A DNA stretch of 64,000 nt from Candidatus Marinacidobacterales bacterium. Lineage in GTDB: Bacteria > Acidobacteriota > Vicinamibacteria > Marinacidobacterales > SMYC01. This document shows positions 37,556-47,068 of the stretch, one piece after another (position 1 is the stretch's first letter; every line of letters begins with the position of its first letter). The notes beneath the pieces are model-generated. The model searched no databases, was not told the DNA's origin, and saw only the letters and a program-made list of their open reading frames with translations. The position numbers and the translations under genes were made by a program. Where the stretch lies: contig CBDCYI010000011.1 in NCBI GenBank assembly GCA_965224085.1, positions 1,344,001-1,408,000 of the forward strand, in the 5' to 3' direction.

Positions 37556-38210
37556 AAGGGTCCGAGCTCGTTGCTTGCGCGGCCTTCTTCACCAGCTCGC
37601 CGTGCTGCTTCGCCTGAGCCACGCCGCCCTCACGCGCTTGCCAGCTCACCCGGCCGTCGCCATTGGCGTCGACGCCTTCGAGGACGTGCTGCGTCAGCTC
37701 CGCGATCTTCTGAGTCGCGTCCGCAGCGTCCTTGGCGGACTCGGCGTTCACGACTTTTTGGGACTCGGTGAGGATCGTCGTGCACCAGGCGACGACGTTT
37801 CGGGCACTCGTCGCGACGTGGTTGGCGTGCATCTCGATACCTTCCGACGAGCCAACCGACTTGGTCGCAAGCATGATATGGGTCTCGACTCCTTTCGCAG
37901 CTTTCGAGACGCCGTAGCCTTTGCCCGGCCCCTTGGGCTCGGTGGACGGATCCACAGCGTGGCGGACGTGACGGATGTGACGTTGCATCGATTCGAGGCT
38001 CTCGGTGTCCGCGGCTGCAAGCTTGGCGTGGTGCGCCGCAATCTGGGCCTCCTCCTCCAAAATGCTAAGAAGCCCCACCCGGTCCGGCGTGCCATTAATG
38101 GCGTCGACGACGTGACGAATGTGGACCTGCGCGGGCGTCGGCTCTTGCTGAGAGGCCGCCGCCACTGGGAACGAGAGAGTAACCAAGGCAAGGAATCGAA
38201 AGAATCTCAT
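37548..38210 (-). CDS. Secreted His-rich helical protein with EF-hand-like loop
   Basis: Signal peptide; HIRHV occurs twice; DANGDGRVS. Confidence 0.7.
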   Translation of the reverse strand: MRFFRFLALVTLSFPVAAASQQEPTPAQVHIRHVVDAINGTPDRVGLLSILEEEAQIAAHHAKLAAADTESLESMQRHIRHVRHAVDPSTEPKGPGKGYGVSKAAKGVETHIMLATKSVGSSEGIEMHANHVATSARNVVAWCTTILTESQKVVNAESAKDAADATQKIAELTQHVLEGVDANGDGRVSWQAREGGVAQAKQHGELVKKAAQATSSDPSS

Positions 38211-38275
38211 AATGATGCTCCGTCTTTTCGAGAATGCTCTAGCGAAGATTACCAAAAACGGAGCGTCGAGAAAAC

Positions 38276-39898
38276 TCACGAGCTACACGAGAGCATCGAG
38301 CAGCCGGGGCGATCACGAGCCCAGTCGGGACGCTTTTGGGCGTGCTCTTCTCTTCCGGGCTGCTCGGCGTAAGGGTGTCGCAGCACGTCGAGCAGCTCTT
38401 GGACAAGCGCGTAATCTCCCGCCTCGGCTTTGTCGGTGGCGAGCTGGGCCATGTAATTCCTGAGCACATATTTGGGGTTCACGGCGTCCATGCGCTCACG
38501 ACGAACGGCACCGGGAACGGCGTCCTCTCTTAGACGGGCGCGATAGGTTCGAAGCCAGCGCGCCCAACGTTGCCGATGCTCTACCGTCAACGCGTCGGGT
38601 GTGTAGAAAGCATCCATCAGCGGCGCCAGAAAAACATCGTCACGGACTTCGTCGTCCGGCCCCGACGCATCCGCGGCGACGAGGGCCAAGCGGCGATAGA
38701 AGATAGTCATGTCCGTTTCGGCAAGACGCAAAAGCTTCTGAAGCTCCGCGAAGCACTCGCTGTCGGGCTCCTTTTTGTAGGACTCGAACCCTAGCTTACT
38801 CGCCATCATCGCCGTCCACGCCTTCTCGAACGTCTTCGGATAGACCTCGAGGGCAGCCTGAATCGCCGGGACGTCCTCGATGAGAGGATGGATGGCGTTA
38901 GCAAGCTGGACGAGGTTCCACATCGCGATGTGCGATTGATGGCCGAAACGGTAGCGGCGGCCCGTGGCATCAGTGGTGTTCGGCGTCCAATCGGGATCGA
39001 AATCGTCGAGCCAACCATACGGGCCGTAGTCGATCGTGAGACCGACGATGGACATATTATCGGAGTTCATCACGCCGTGAACGAAGCCCACGCGGAGCCA
39101 ATGCACGATGAGTTCCGCCGTCTTGCGGCAAACCTCCTCGAAGCAAGCCACATAGGTGGCCTTCGACGGCTCACCCAAGTGCGGGAAATCATTCCGAATC
39201 GTGTAATCGGCGAGCTTGCGCAAGACGTCGATCTCGCCACGGGACGTGAAGATCTCGAAACTCCCGAAGCGAGTAAACGAGGGCGCGACCCTGCAAACGA
39301 TGGCGCCAGGCTCGAGCGCCGAATGGCCGTCGTAGAACATGTCCCGCATGACCTCTTCGCCCGTGAGCACGAGGCTCAAGGCCCGCGTCGTGGGAACGCC
39401 AAGATGGAACATCGCCTCACTACACAAGAACTCGCGTAGCGAAGAGCGCAGAACCGCGAGCCCGTCCGCCGAGCGCGCGTAGGGCGTCGGCCCAGCTCCT
39501 TTGAGCTGGAGTGTCGACCGCAGCGCCCCCTCGCCGGCGACCTCCCCAAGATTGATGGCCCGTCCATCACCGAGCTGCCCCGCCCAATGACCGAATTGAT
39601 GGCCGCCATAGCAGGTCGCGTAGGGGTCCATACCTTTCAGCACCCGATTCCCGGAAAAAACCTGGACGAAATCCTCCGACCGGGCCGTATCGGGCCAGAG
39701 CCCAAGCCCTTCCGCGACCTCCGCGGAATAAGCGACCAGCGCCGGCGCGCGAACTCTGGCAGGGTGGACACGAGAAAAGCACGCGCCGAAGACTTGGCGT
39801 GGTCGATTCGTTTCATCGGGATCTGCGGGGAGCTCCCGAGTGAAACGGTTGTCGAAAACTAGCTCGTCCAGAGTCTTCGATGCTAACACGGAGGGCAT
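38276..39898 (-). CDS. selO: Protein adenylyltransferase SelO (YdiU)
   Basis: YGGHQFG, QLGDGRA, KGAGPTPY.R.ADG.AVLRSS.RE, GFVHGVMNSDN, C-terminal CSMLSCSS. Confidence 0.95.
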   Translation of the reverse strand: MPSVLASKTLDELVFDNRFTRELPADPDETNRPRQVFGACFSRVHPARVRAPALVAYSAEVAEGLGLWPDTARSEDFVQVFSGNRVLKGMDPYATCYGGHQFGHWAGQLGDGRAINLGEVAGEGALRSTLQLKGAGPTPYARSADGLAVLRSSLREFLCSEAMFHLGVPTTRALSLVLTGEEVMRDMFYDGHSALEPGAIVCRVAPSFTRFGSFEIFTSRGEIDVLRKLADYTIRNDFPHLGEPSKATYVACFEEVCRKTAELIVHWLRVGFVHGVMNSDNMSIVGLTIDYGPYGWLDDFDPDWTPNTTDATGRRYRFGHQSHIAMWNLVQLANAIHPLIEDVPAIQAALEVYPKTFEKAWTAMMASKLGFESYKKEPDSECFAELQKLLRLAETDMTIFYRRLALVAADASGPDDEVRDDVFLAPLMDAFYTPDALTVEHRQRWARWLRTYRARLREDAVPGAVRRERMDAVNPKYVLRNYMAQLATDKAEAGDYALVQELLDVLRHPYAEQPGREEHAQKRPDWARDRPGCSMLSCSS

Positions 39899-39960
39899 GC
39901 CGAAATGCTAGCACACGCCGTAGCACTCACGGGCGTTTCGTCTCGCTTTGAACTTTGGCT

Positions 39961-39989
39961 TTGACAAACGCGCCGGTTGGACCTACATT
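39961..39989 (+). promoter_or_regulatory. Putative sigma70 promoter of the aldo/keto reductase gene
   Basis: TTGACA-17bp-TACATT, 22 bp before the ATG. Confidence 0.55.
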
Positions 39990-40011
39990 CGTGTCCGAGA
40001 GGTCAAAGGCC

Positions 40012-40986
40012 ATGGCATCTTCCGACAAGAGGATCGATCGACGAGATTTTCTCAAGACGACCGTTGGCGCTGGACTCGTCGCATCGGCGTCCAATCCGGC
40101 GGGCGCACAGCCGTCCGGCCTTCCACGCCGTGAGCTCGGCAAAACGGGTGTCAAGGTCTCCGTTCTCGCTTTCGGAGGAGGAAGCCATTTCCTTGGCCGT
40201 GTCGACGGCAGCGAAGACAAAGTCAGAGCACTGATCGAAAGAGCGCTCGAGCTCGGGATCAACTATTTCGACACCGCAGCCGGCTACACTTTTCGTCCCC
40301 AGGTCCGATTATCCGAGACCTACTTTGGACGAATTTTGGCTCCGCACCGAGAACGAATCTTCCTCGCCTCCAAGGCCCAGGATCGCGACCGGGAAGGGAT
40401 GCTCCGCTCGGTCGAAAAAAGCCTGGAGCTCCTTCAAACCGACCATCTCGATCTCATCCAGATGCACAGCCTCTCTCAGCTGGATGAGCTCGACCGACTC
40501 GAGGCGCCGGACGGCGCGCTGACGGCACTTCGGGAGTTGAAAGACCAAGGAGTGGTGCGATTCTATGGAGCCACGGGACACTACAATCCGGCCGTCTTGC
40601 TGGAGGCCGTGCGCCGTTTCGATATCGATACGCTTCTCGTCTCAATGAACGCCGCGCAAGCGAGACATCCGCTATCGATGAGCCCGGACAAGCCGCTAGC
40701 CGCGTTCGAAGAAGAGGTGCTTCCGGCGGCGGTGGAAAAGGGCATCGGTGTCATTGCGATGAAGGTCATGGGCCAGTCGAGCATCGTCGGCCACGGAGAA
40801 GGTAAGGCAACGCCGGAGGAGCTCATTCGCTACGATCTGTCACTCCCCATCGCAGCTTGCGACATCGGCCACACGAGCATCCCGATCCTCGAGCAGAACG
40901 TAGCCGCGGCCCGCCGCTTCGCCCCGATGAGTAGCGGCGAGATGGCGGCTCTGAACGCTCGGCTGGCACCAAGCGCGCGCGCTTGA
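40012..40986 (+). CDS. Tat-exported aldo/keto reductase
   Basis: Tat signal RRDFLK; RELGKTG, GINYFDTA..Y, SLELLQTDHLDLIQMH, IAMKV. Confidence 0.88.
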   Translation: MASSDKRIDRRDFLKTTVGAGLVASASNPAGAQPSGLPRRELGKTGVKVSVLAFGGGSHFLGRVDGSEDKVRALIERALELGINYFDTAAGYTFRPQVRLSETYFGRILAPHRERIFLASKAQDRDREGMLRSVEKSLELLQTDHLDLIQMHSLSQLDELDRLEAPDGALTALRELKDQGVVRFYGATGHYNPAVLLEAVRRFDIDTLLVSMNAAQARHPLSMSPDKPLAAFEEEVLPAAVEKGIGVIAMKVMGQSSIVGHGEGKATPEELIRYDLSLPIAACDIGHTSIPILEQNVAAARRFAPMSSGEMAALNARLAPSARA

Positions 40987-41311
40987 AGAGCGCGCGGCCC
41001 ACGTCGCGATTCGTCCCGGCCGTCTACACGAGCACGGACTGGAAAAACAGGATCGTCATGTGAAAATGGACTGCGATGAGAATCCCCAAGATCGCCTGTC
41101 TCTCGTCAAACCAATCCGAGCGGTGGGTCGCGTTCTCGCGCAACCAAAAGGACGACCTCGCCACGATAGATTTGTTCACGGTGCCGACCGCGTCGCTTCG
41201 GCTGTTAGCTCCCAGCTCCCGCTCCAATTAATGATGACGAACGACGGGTCGCCACCCGCATCGAATGGACACCGAGACCTCGTTCGCGACGGCCGCTCTA
41301 AGCGGTAAGCC

Positions 41312-44050
41312 TCACACGGTGGGGACGCCCCTCGGCGGTGACACCGGCACGCCTTTGCCGAGGCCAGGCTTCCCTTCGCCGGAGGCTTTGGGGCGACTCG
41401 TCTTGTTAATGCGCTCAGCGAGACCTCGCTCCTCTTGGAGGACTTTCGTGGCGACCTCCGCCTCCTTGATGGTGTATTCCATCTGACTCAGCTTTTCGGC
41501 GATGTGATCGATGAAAGCTTTCTGCTTATGGAAGTTCTCGATGTTGACATCAATGTCCTGGAAGAGATGGCTCAGGCCAGCGAGCTTGCTCTCCGCCTCT
41601 TGAATCGCGCCATACTTTTGTTCGACGGCGCTCACCTTCTTCTCGATTTGGCCCGTCTGTCCCAGTAATTTCGCCACCAATTCCTTGGTGTCGAGGATGT
41701 CCTTGCGGGATGCCGCAATCGCCGTCGCCTCTTTGTTGACGCGCTCCGATACATCGAACACGCCATTCACGTCGCGGGCCACCCGTTCCACGGTGCTCTG
41801 GCGCAAGTCCAGCTGCCCTATGCTGCGGTCGAGCACAGCCACCATTTCCCGGTGTGATAGGAATTTGGCTTCGAGCTCAGCCATTTTCGAGCCTTGAGCT
41901 GCGAGCTCACGCTCCTTCTGGTCCAGCGCTTTTGTGAGGTCGCCAATCTTTTCGAGCTGAGCCGCTCCGGATTCGGCCTGAACCGCTGTCTGTTTCTGAC
42001 GCAACTCGAGCTCGAGCAGCTCCTTTTCCCATCGCTTCCGAAGCTCTCCCGCTTCTTTGAAGTGCTCGTCGAGAGCTGCGAGCTCCTCGACGCGCACCGC
42101 AGCACGTGAGAGAACGCCTTCGACCTGCTCCATGACATCAGCGGTTGTCTTCTGTGCGTCGACGAGCCCTCGCTTTTCGCTCTCGATCTCTTCGAGTCGT
42201 CTCTCCGCCGATTCCAGCCCCACGCTCAGTCCGTCCGCTTTCTTGTCCAGATCCGTGAACTTCCTCGAACGATGCACCGAGGACATCTGTTGATGAAGAT
42301 CCTTGAGCTGGGCTCCGAGACTCTCCTGCGTCGAATGCATGGATTCGAGGCTCGCTTGCCGTGCCGCTTGCTCGCCAAGCCGGGTCTCCACGTTCTGGCT
42401 CAGCTCGTTGAGAGCATCGACCCGACTCTCGACCGTCTCGACCATCTCCAGTCTGTGCTCGAGGTCCTCCGACTTTGCAGCGAGTGCGTCGGACAGCTTC
42501 AGCGCGGCGTCGAGACGGTCGCTGAGACCGTCCAGGCTTTGGAACTGCTCCGTCAATTGCTTCGCTCGCGCCTCCGCGTCGACGCTCTCGCGCCGGAACG
42601 TAGCGAGTACGAAGTTCGCGCGGTCGATCTCGGCACTCTGCTCAGATAGCGTTGAGAGCTTGCCGACGAGCTCGTCTTGGCGCTTCGTGAGCTCGCTCAC
42701 CTTGCCGTCGATCTGCTCCACCGCCGAGCCGCGTGCCCGGAGCATTTCCATGTCGTGTGACACTTCCGTTGAAATCTTAGTCACCGAGTCGAGACGTTGT
42801 TCGATCGCAGCCAGGCCCGCTGCTTTTTCGTGTACGCCTGCGAGGCCCGATTGTATGGTTTGAAGGCTAGCCTCCAGGCGATCCGCCTTCCTGATTGTGT
42901 TGTCGAGCTCCTCGTCCTTGGCCGCGAGATCCTTTACCTGACGCTCGAATCCGCTCACGGTTGTGTTGAGTTCCTGGACCCTCTGTCCGGAAAGCTCCAC
43001 TTGTTGCCGCATGGAGTCGGTCCGGGCAAGCTCCTCGCGCAAGCCGCCGAGGGCGGATTCTATGCCTTTCGTCAGCTCTAAGCTTTCGCTGCCGAATTTC
43101 TTCTCTTCCTGCTTGGCGGCATCGATGCGGGCGTCGAGTCCGTCGTACAGCTTGGTCAGTTTGTCCAGCCGGTCGGTCGACTTGTCCATGAGACGTTTGT
43201 TGTCACTGAGCTTCTTTATCTGACGATCCACGCTCCAGAGCAACTCGTTGACCCGCGCCGACTCCGCGTTGGCCCGCTCCACCGTGCCCTGGAAAGCGTC
43301 GAGAGCGCTCGCCTTCTGAGTGACGTGCTCGCACATACCGTTGAGCGCGTGGACCTGCTTCTCGAGCGACTTGGAAAGCTCCTCGCCAGAGGCGAGTTCG
43401 GAGAGCGTGCCTTCCAACTTGCCCGCTTTCTCCATCGCTTGATCAAGCTCTTTCTTGAGCTCTCCGCCGCCCTTCCGGAGCGTCGAGGAGCTCTTTTCGA
43501 GAGAGTCGGCGGCCGCGTGAAGCTTTTCATGGTCCTTCTGCATCGTTGCCAGGCGATCCTGGAATTCGTCCAGTTGAGCCGTCACGCCGGCAATCTGCTT
43601 TTCTGAGCTCGTCAGCTCGCCAGCCGATTTTTCGAAAGATTTGAGCCGAGCATCCGCTTCGAGACTGAGATCGAGAATCTTCTGAAGCGACTTGGAGCTT
43701 TCTTTCGCCTCGGTGGCCAAATTGTCCGCCTCGCCGATCGCTTTCCGCGTCTCCTCCACCCGTGTCTGGAAGCTTGTCAACGTCTCCTCTGCTCGTTCGA
43801 GCCACGCGGATAGTTTCGAGGAGGCCTCCCAACGCGTGTCTACCGTATCCAGGTTTTCCTCCGCACGCGTTATACGCTCTGCGATCGAGTCCACCGAGCT
43901 CGACACCCCAGACAATCCGTCGACTTTCCCTTGAACTTGATCGATAAGTTTCTTGAGCTGGGCCTTCTGATGCTTCGCCTTCTCCGTTGCGTCTTGCAGC
44001 TCTTTTGAGGCTTTCCCCGAGACCGACTTCGAACTGCTAAAAATACTCAT
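41312..44050 (-). CDS. Very long coiled-coil protein (about 912 aa)
   Basis: ggag RBS; heptad-rich E/K/L/S/Q sequence throughout; no Walker motif, TM or signal peptide seen. Confidence 0.85.
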   Translation of the reverse strand: MSIFSSSKSVSGKASKELQDATEKAKHQKAQLKKLIDQVQGKVDGLSGVSSSVDSIAERITRAEENLDTVDTRWEASSKLSAWLERAEETLTSFQTRVEETRKAIGEADNLATEAKESSKSLQKILDLSLEADARLKSFEKSAGELTSSEKQIAGVTAQLDEFQDRLATMQKDHEKLHAAADSLEKSSSTLRKGGGELKKELDQAMEKAGKLEGTLSELASGEELSKSLEKQVHALNGMCEHVTQKASALDAFQGTVERANAESARVNELLWSVDRQIKKLSDNKRLMDKSTDRLDKLTKLYDGLDARIDAAKQEEKKFGSESLELTKGIESALGGLREELARTDSMRQQVELSGQRVQELNTTVSGFERQVKDLAAKDEELDNTIRKADRLEASLQTIQSGLAGVHEKAAGLAAIEQRLDSVTKISTEVSHDMEMLRARGSAVEQIDGKVSELTKRQDELVGKLSTLSEQSAEIDRANFVLATFRRESVDAEARAKQLTEQFQSLDGLSDRLDAALKLSDALAAKSEDLEHRLEMVETVESRVDALNELSQNVETRLGEQAARQASLESMHSTQESLGAQLKDLHQQMSSVHRSRKFTDLDKKADGLSVGLESAERRLEEIESEKRGLVDAQKTTADVMEQVEGVLSRAAVRVEELAALDEHFKEAGELRKRWEKELLELELRQKQTAVQAESGAAQLEKIGDLTKALDQKERELAAQGSKMAELEAKFLSHREMVAVLDRSIGQLDLRQSTVERVARDVNGVFDVSERVNKEATAIAASRKDILDTKELVAKLLGQTGQIEKKVSAVEQKYGAIQEAESKLAGLSHLFQDIDVNIENFHKQKAFIDHIAEKLSQMEYTIKEAEVATKVLQEERGLAERINKTSRPKASGEGKPGLGKGVPVSPPRGVPTV

Positions 44051-44219
44051 CCGCGAACTCCTTTTACGTGAGGGCCACCACTGTCGGGGGAATGGCAGTC
44101 GATTTTTACCACAGCTGGAGGGCAAACTCAACAGTTTTCGCCGCACGGACGTGGCACTCCTCGTCCGGGCTCTGATCGAGGGAGACGCGAATCCTCTATT
44201 GGCTCACGAACTAGCGCCT

Positions 44220-44872
44220 CTAGAGCGACCCGTTGTCCCACGGGCCGGTGATGGCGAACGTGATCCCAGGAAACTGGATGTTCACAAACAGCCACCGTCC
44301 TTCTGGGCTGAAACACGCCCCCGCCCATTCCTTGTTCCGGAAGTTTCCGGAGAACCCGTTGACCTCGCCCGCGAGTACGACGTTATTTTTCGCGAAATCG
44401 AAGATGTTGCCGTTCCCGTCGAGACCTTTCATTCTTTGCACCGACTGCGCGCTGTCCTCACACAGGATGATGCCGCCTCGCGGGCTCACCGTCACGTTGT
44501 CGGGTGAATTGAGCACGTCGAATGAGCTCGAGGCGTAGACGAGTCGCAGCGTCTCGCGCCGCGGGTCGTACTCCCACAGCTGGCCTCGTCCGATCGGCCC
44601 GCCGTTGGTCGCCGTGAAGTAGACCGCGCCGCTGTCGTACCAAGCGCCCTCGAGCCTCCTGAACTGCGCCGCTCCCTGGTCGAAACCGTGCCGGTACACC
44701 CCGCGCTCGTCGGAAGTCCCGGGAGAGTGGAGTCTTTCCGGGTCGTCGATGGTGACCCACTCGACGTCGAGCACAGCGCCGATGTCGCCGCGGTCGCGCA
44801 GGTCGAAGCTCAACTTGCCTTCACCGCCGTACTGCACACCTGGACCCGGAAGCTCCTGTTCCATCCACACCT
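44220..44872 (-). pseudogene. phoX: PhoX (DUF839) alkaline phosphatase C-terminal fragment, truncated at the IS
   Basis: VEWVTIDDP, FRRLEG.W, VYFTAT.GG, SPDNVTVSP.GG..LCED, EWAGACFSP.G..LFVNIQ.PG.TFAITGPW; 5' part missing. Confidence 0.8.
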
Positions 44873-45403
44873 GGGATGGTCGAAACCCCTCGCCTTTAGG
44901 CGAAGAGAAGATCGTGGTATTGTGGTCGCGTGCGTCACTACAGGCACGGAGCGCGCACGAAAACGGACCTAAAAGCGCACATCGTTTGGATACCGAAATA
45001 TCGTAAAAAGGTTTTGATCGGTCCAGTAGCGGTTCGTGTGCGCGATCTGATTCGTCAGATCGCGATGGAACATGAGCTGCACATAATCTCGGGTAAGGTT
45101 GCACGCGACCACGTCCACGTGTTCGTATCCTACCGACCACACCAGGACCTGAGTACGATCGTGCAGTGGCTAAAAGGAATAAGCTCCCGAGTACTCCTTC
45201 AGGAGTTTGCTCACCTGAGGAAGAAGTTTTGGGGCCGGCACTTCTGGGCCCGAGGATATCTGGCGGTGAGTTCAGGAAGCATAACGGACGAGATGGTAAA
45301 GGAGTACATAGACTCCCAGGATGGCGAGCCTCTTCACGACGACAGTCAATTTCCAATTGACAGCCCTTGAAGCCACCGCCTTCTAGGCGGTGGTTGTTCA
45401 CTT
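44873..45403 (+). mobile_element. IS200/IS605 family element, tnpA only (copy 1)
   Basis: 531 bp shared with copy 2; left hairpin tcgcct-tt-aggcga; right hairpin ccaccgcct-tct-aggcggtgg followed by ttgttcac; true ends lie within a few bp of the shared limits. Confidence 0.93.
44930..45370 (+). CDS. tnpA: IS200-family Y1 (HUH) transposase
   Basis: HIVWIPKYR, DHVH (HUH), KG.SSR, FWARGY, catalytic Tyr in KEYI..Q. Confidence 0.96.
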   Translation: MRHYRHGARTKTDLKAHIVWIPKYRKKVLIGPVAVRVRDLIRQIAMEHELHIISGKVARDHVHVFVSYRPHQDLSTIVQWLKGISSRVLLQEFAHLRKKFWGRHFWARGYLAVSSGSITDEMVKEYIDSQDGEPLHDDSQFPIDSP

Positions 45404-45648
45404 CAATTACGGTTTGCACGAATGCTCGCTCTACAAGCATCGTGCCTCGCGTAACGCCGTGCTTCGCTCGATTCCTGCAAACCGCTATTAATTAGGTCGT
45501 TGAGAAAGTCGAAATGGTCACCTTCGCGAGGGCGGTGACCGTGATGAAATCCTCCACGGGATCCTCGATTTCTACAGCACGGCGGGCTCAGGTTCTGCAG
45601 CGGCTAATTCGTACGCCTCGATGACCACCAACGGACCCCGCCGTTTTT

Positions 45649-45864
45649 TCAGCGGAACCACCGCCTTTCTTGTCGCCCCGCCGCTTTTGCGGGCGCATTC
45701 CGGAGGATCCCGGAATGGCCAAGGTCAACAAAGAGCGTAAACGCCATCAAGAGAACAGTCACAAGAAAGATCCATCCTGAACCGACCTGGTACAGCTCTT
45801 GCACCGACACCCTGGAGACCAAAACTCGTGCAGGGACAGAACCAGAAGTTCTCTCGCTCGGCAT
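45649..45864 (-). CDS. Possible small single-TM protein
   Basis: Hydrophobic stretch WIFLVTVLLMAFTLFV with a basic tail; start uncertain. Confidence 0.3.
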   Translation of the reverse strand: MPSERTSGSVPARVLVSRVSVQELYQVGSGWIFLVTVLLMAFTLFVDLGHSGILRNAPAKAAGRQERRWFR

Positions 45865-45902
45865 TGGACTTTCAACGGCCTACCCCCTTTGGAGGATCAG
45901 CT

Positions 45903-46397
45903 ATGCCAAAGCGTTTCGAAATCGCGCAAACGATTCGACGGATGGCACCCAGACACCCCGCGACCGCGGCAGTGTTCAAGGATTTCCAACAGATTGCCTG
46001 CGGTGTGCTGACCAACGTCTCGGTGACCGGTGCGTGCATCGTGACCGACAGCTGTTTGGCTCCCGCGAGCGAGGTCGACCTCAAGCTCTCCTTCTACCTT
46101 CAGCTCTCCTCCTACCAGCAGCCCCGCCTGTACGAGGTCGCGGCTCGCGTCGTTTGGAGCCGACGCGCCGGGGCCCTCGAGAAGGACTTCGAGGGCCTGA
46201 CACTACACGGCGTGCGGTTCTCGTTTTATAGCGCACTCCAGAAATCGCGCCTACACGCGCTTCTCGCCAGCAAGGATTTCGTCGACGTCTTTCGTCTCTC
46301 CGAGACTGAGTTCAACTTTTTCGTGAAAGCGCCTGTCGTTGATCTCGACGAGCTCGTTCAGCAAGAAAGCACAAGACCACGGGCGAGATTGTTGTAG
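45903..46397 (+). CDS. PilZ domain protein
   Basis: ggagga RBS; RxxxR (RMAPR), NxSxxG (NVSVTG), ARVVW, GVRF. Confidence 0.8.
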   Translation: MPKRFEIAQTIRRMAPRHPATAAVFKDFQQIACGVLTNVSVTGACIVTDSCLAPASEVDLKLSFYLQLSSYQQPRLYEVAARVVWSRRAGALEKDFEGLTLHGVRFSFYSALQKSRLHALLASKDFVDVFRLSETEFNFFVKAPVVDLDELVQQESTRPRARLL

Positions 46398-46530
46398 CTA
46401 GACCACCTGTCCATCATCTTTATTGATCCGCCCAGGCAGGAAGGCCCATGCGGCTCGGTGATGGCGACGGCGGCGGGCCGATCGCACGCGAGACGGCGCC
46501 GAGATCACACGGCCAGCGGTTTAGGTTTAA

Positions 46531-46607
46531 TGGTCGGGGCGGCAGGATTTGAACCTGCGACCCCCTGATCCCGAACCAGGTGCTCTACCAAACTGAGCCA
46601 CGCCCCG
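46531..46607 (-). tRNA. tRNA-Pro (anticodon CGG)
   Basis: cggggcg..cgccccg acceptor stem, loop ttcggga, ggttcaaatcc, encoded CCA. Confidence 0.96.
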
Positions 46608-46679
46608 ACCGAGGCAAGACGATTAGTTTACACCGGAACGGACGCCCTCAGAAGCGGTTCTCCGGATGACGGGCGCTAT

Positions 46680-47054
46680 TTATTTATCTGCCTGTTGCTC
46701 CGCGAAATCTCCGAGGATTGGGAGCTTGAACATCTGGTGCTGAAACGCCTTTACGAAGCAGATGATCCAGACCACGAACATCACGAGCGGGAAAAACATG
46801 AGCACGATCCAGCCCAGGATCGGGATCGTCCCGAGCACCATGCTGATCCCCGTCGAGACGACAGCGAGCGCAATCGCCTGGATCGAGTGGAATCGCACGA
46901 AGCGATTCTTGTTGTACGGCTCGAGGACCAGCCAAACGATCGCGACGATCACGAGATAGGCGAGCGCTCCGGCAACGTTTTCGTCCAGACTGCCCACTTG
47001 CGCGGTTCCGGAGCTCGCGGCTTGCGGTGGTGGTGGTTCGGATGCCTTGCTCAT
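46680..47054 (-). CDS. DUF4870-like membrane protein
   Basis: NVAGALAY, FVRFHSIQA, IPILGW, FKLPILG. Confidence 0.85.
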   Translation of the reverse strand: MSKASEPPPPQAASSGTAQVGSLDENVAGALAYLVIVAIVWLVLEPYNKNRFVRFHSIQAIALAVVSTGISMVLGTIPILGWIVLMFFPLVMFVVWIICFVKAFQHQMFKLPILGDFAEQQADK

Positions 47055-47068
47055 TAGTGTCTCTTCCG

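Noticed and set aside
38276-38305. Selenocysteine read-through at the SelO C-terminus
   Set aside because: Ends CSMLSCSS then TGA; Cys already occupies the position where Sec would be expected
41024-41308. Small ORFs between the reductase and coiled-coil genes
   Set aside because: No motifs or clear RBS; cannot be supported
45371-45403. TnpB or omega-RNA guided nuclease system
   Set aside because: The right-end hairpin follows the tnpA stop directly; no tnpB or iscB in either copy
44220-45440. 406-aa ORF as an intact fusion protein
   Set aside because: Its N-terminal half is the antisense of the IS; only the PhoX fragment is genuine
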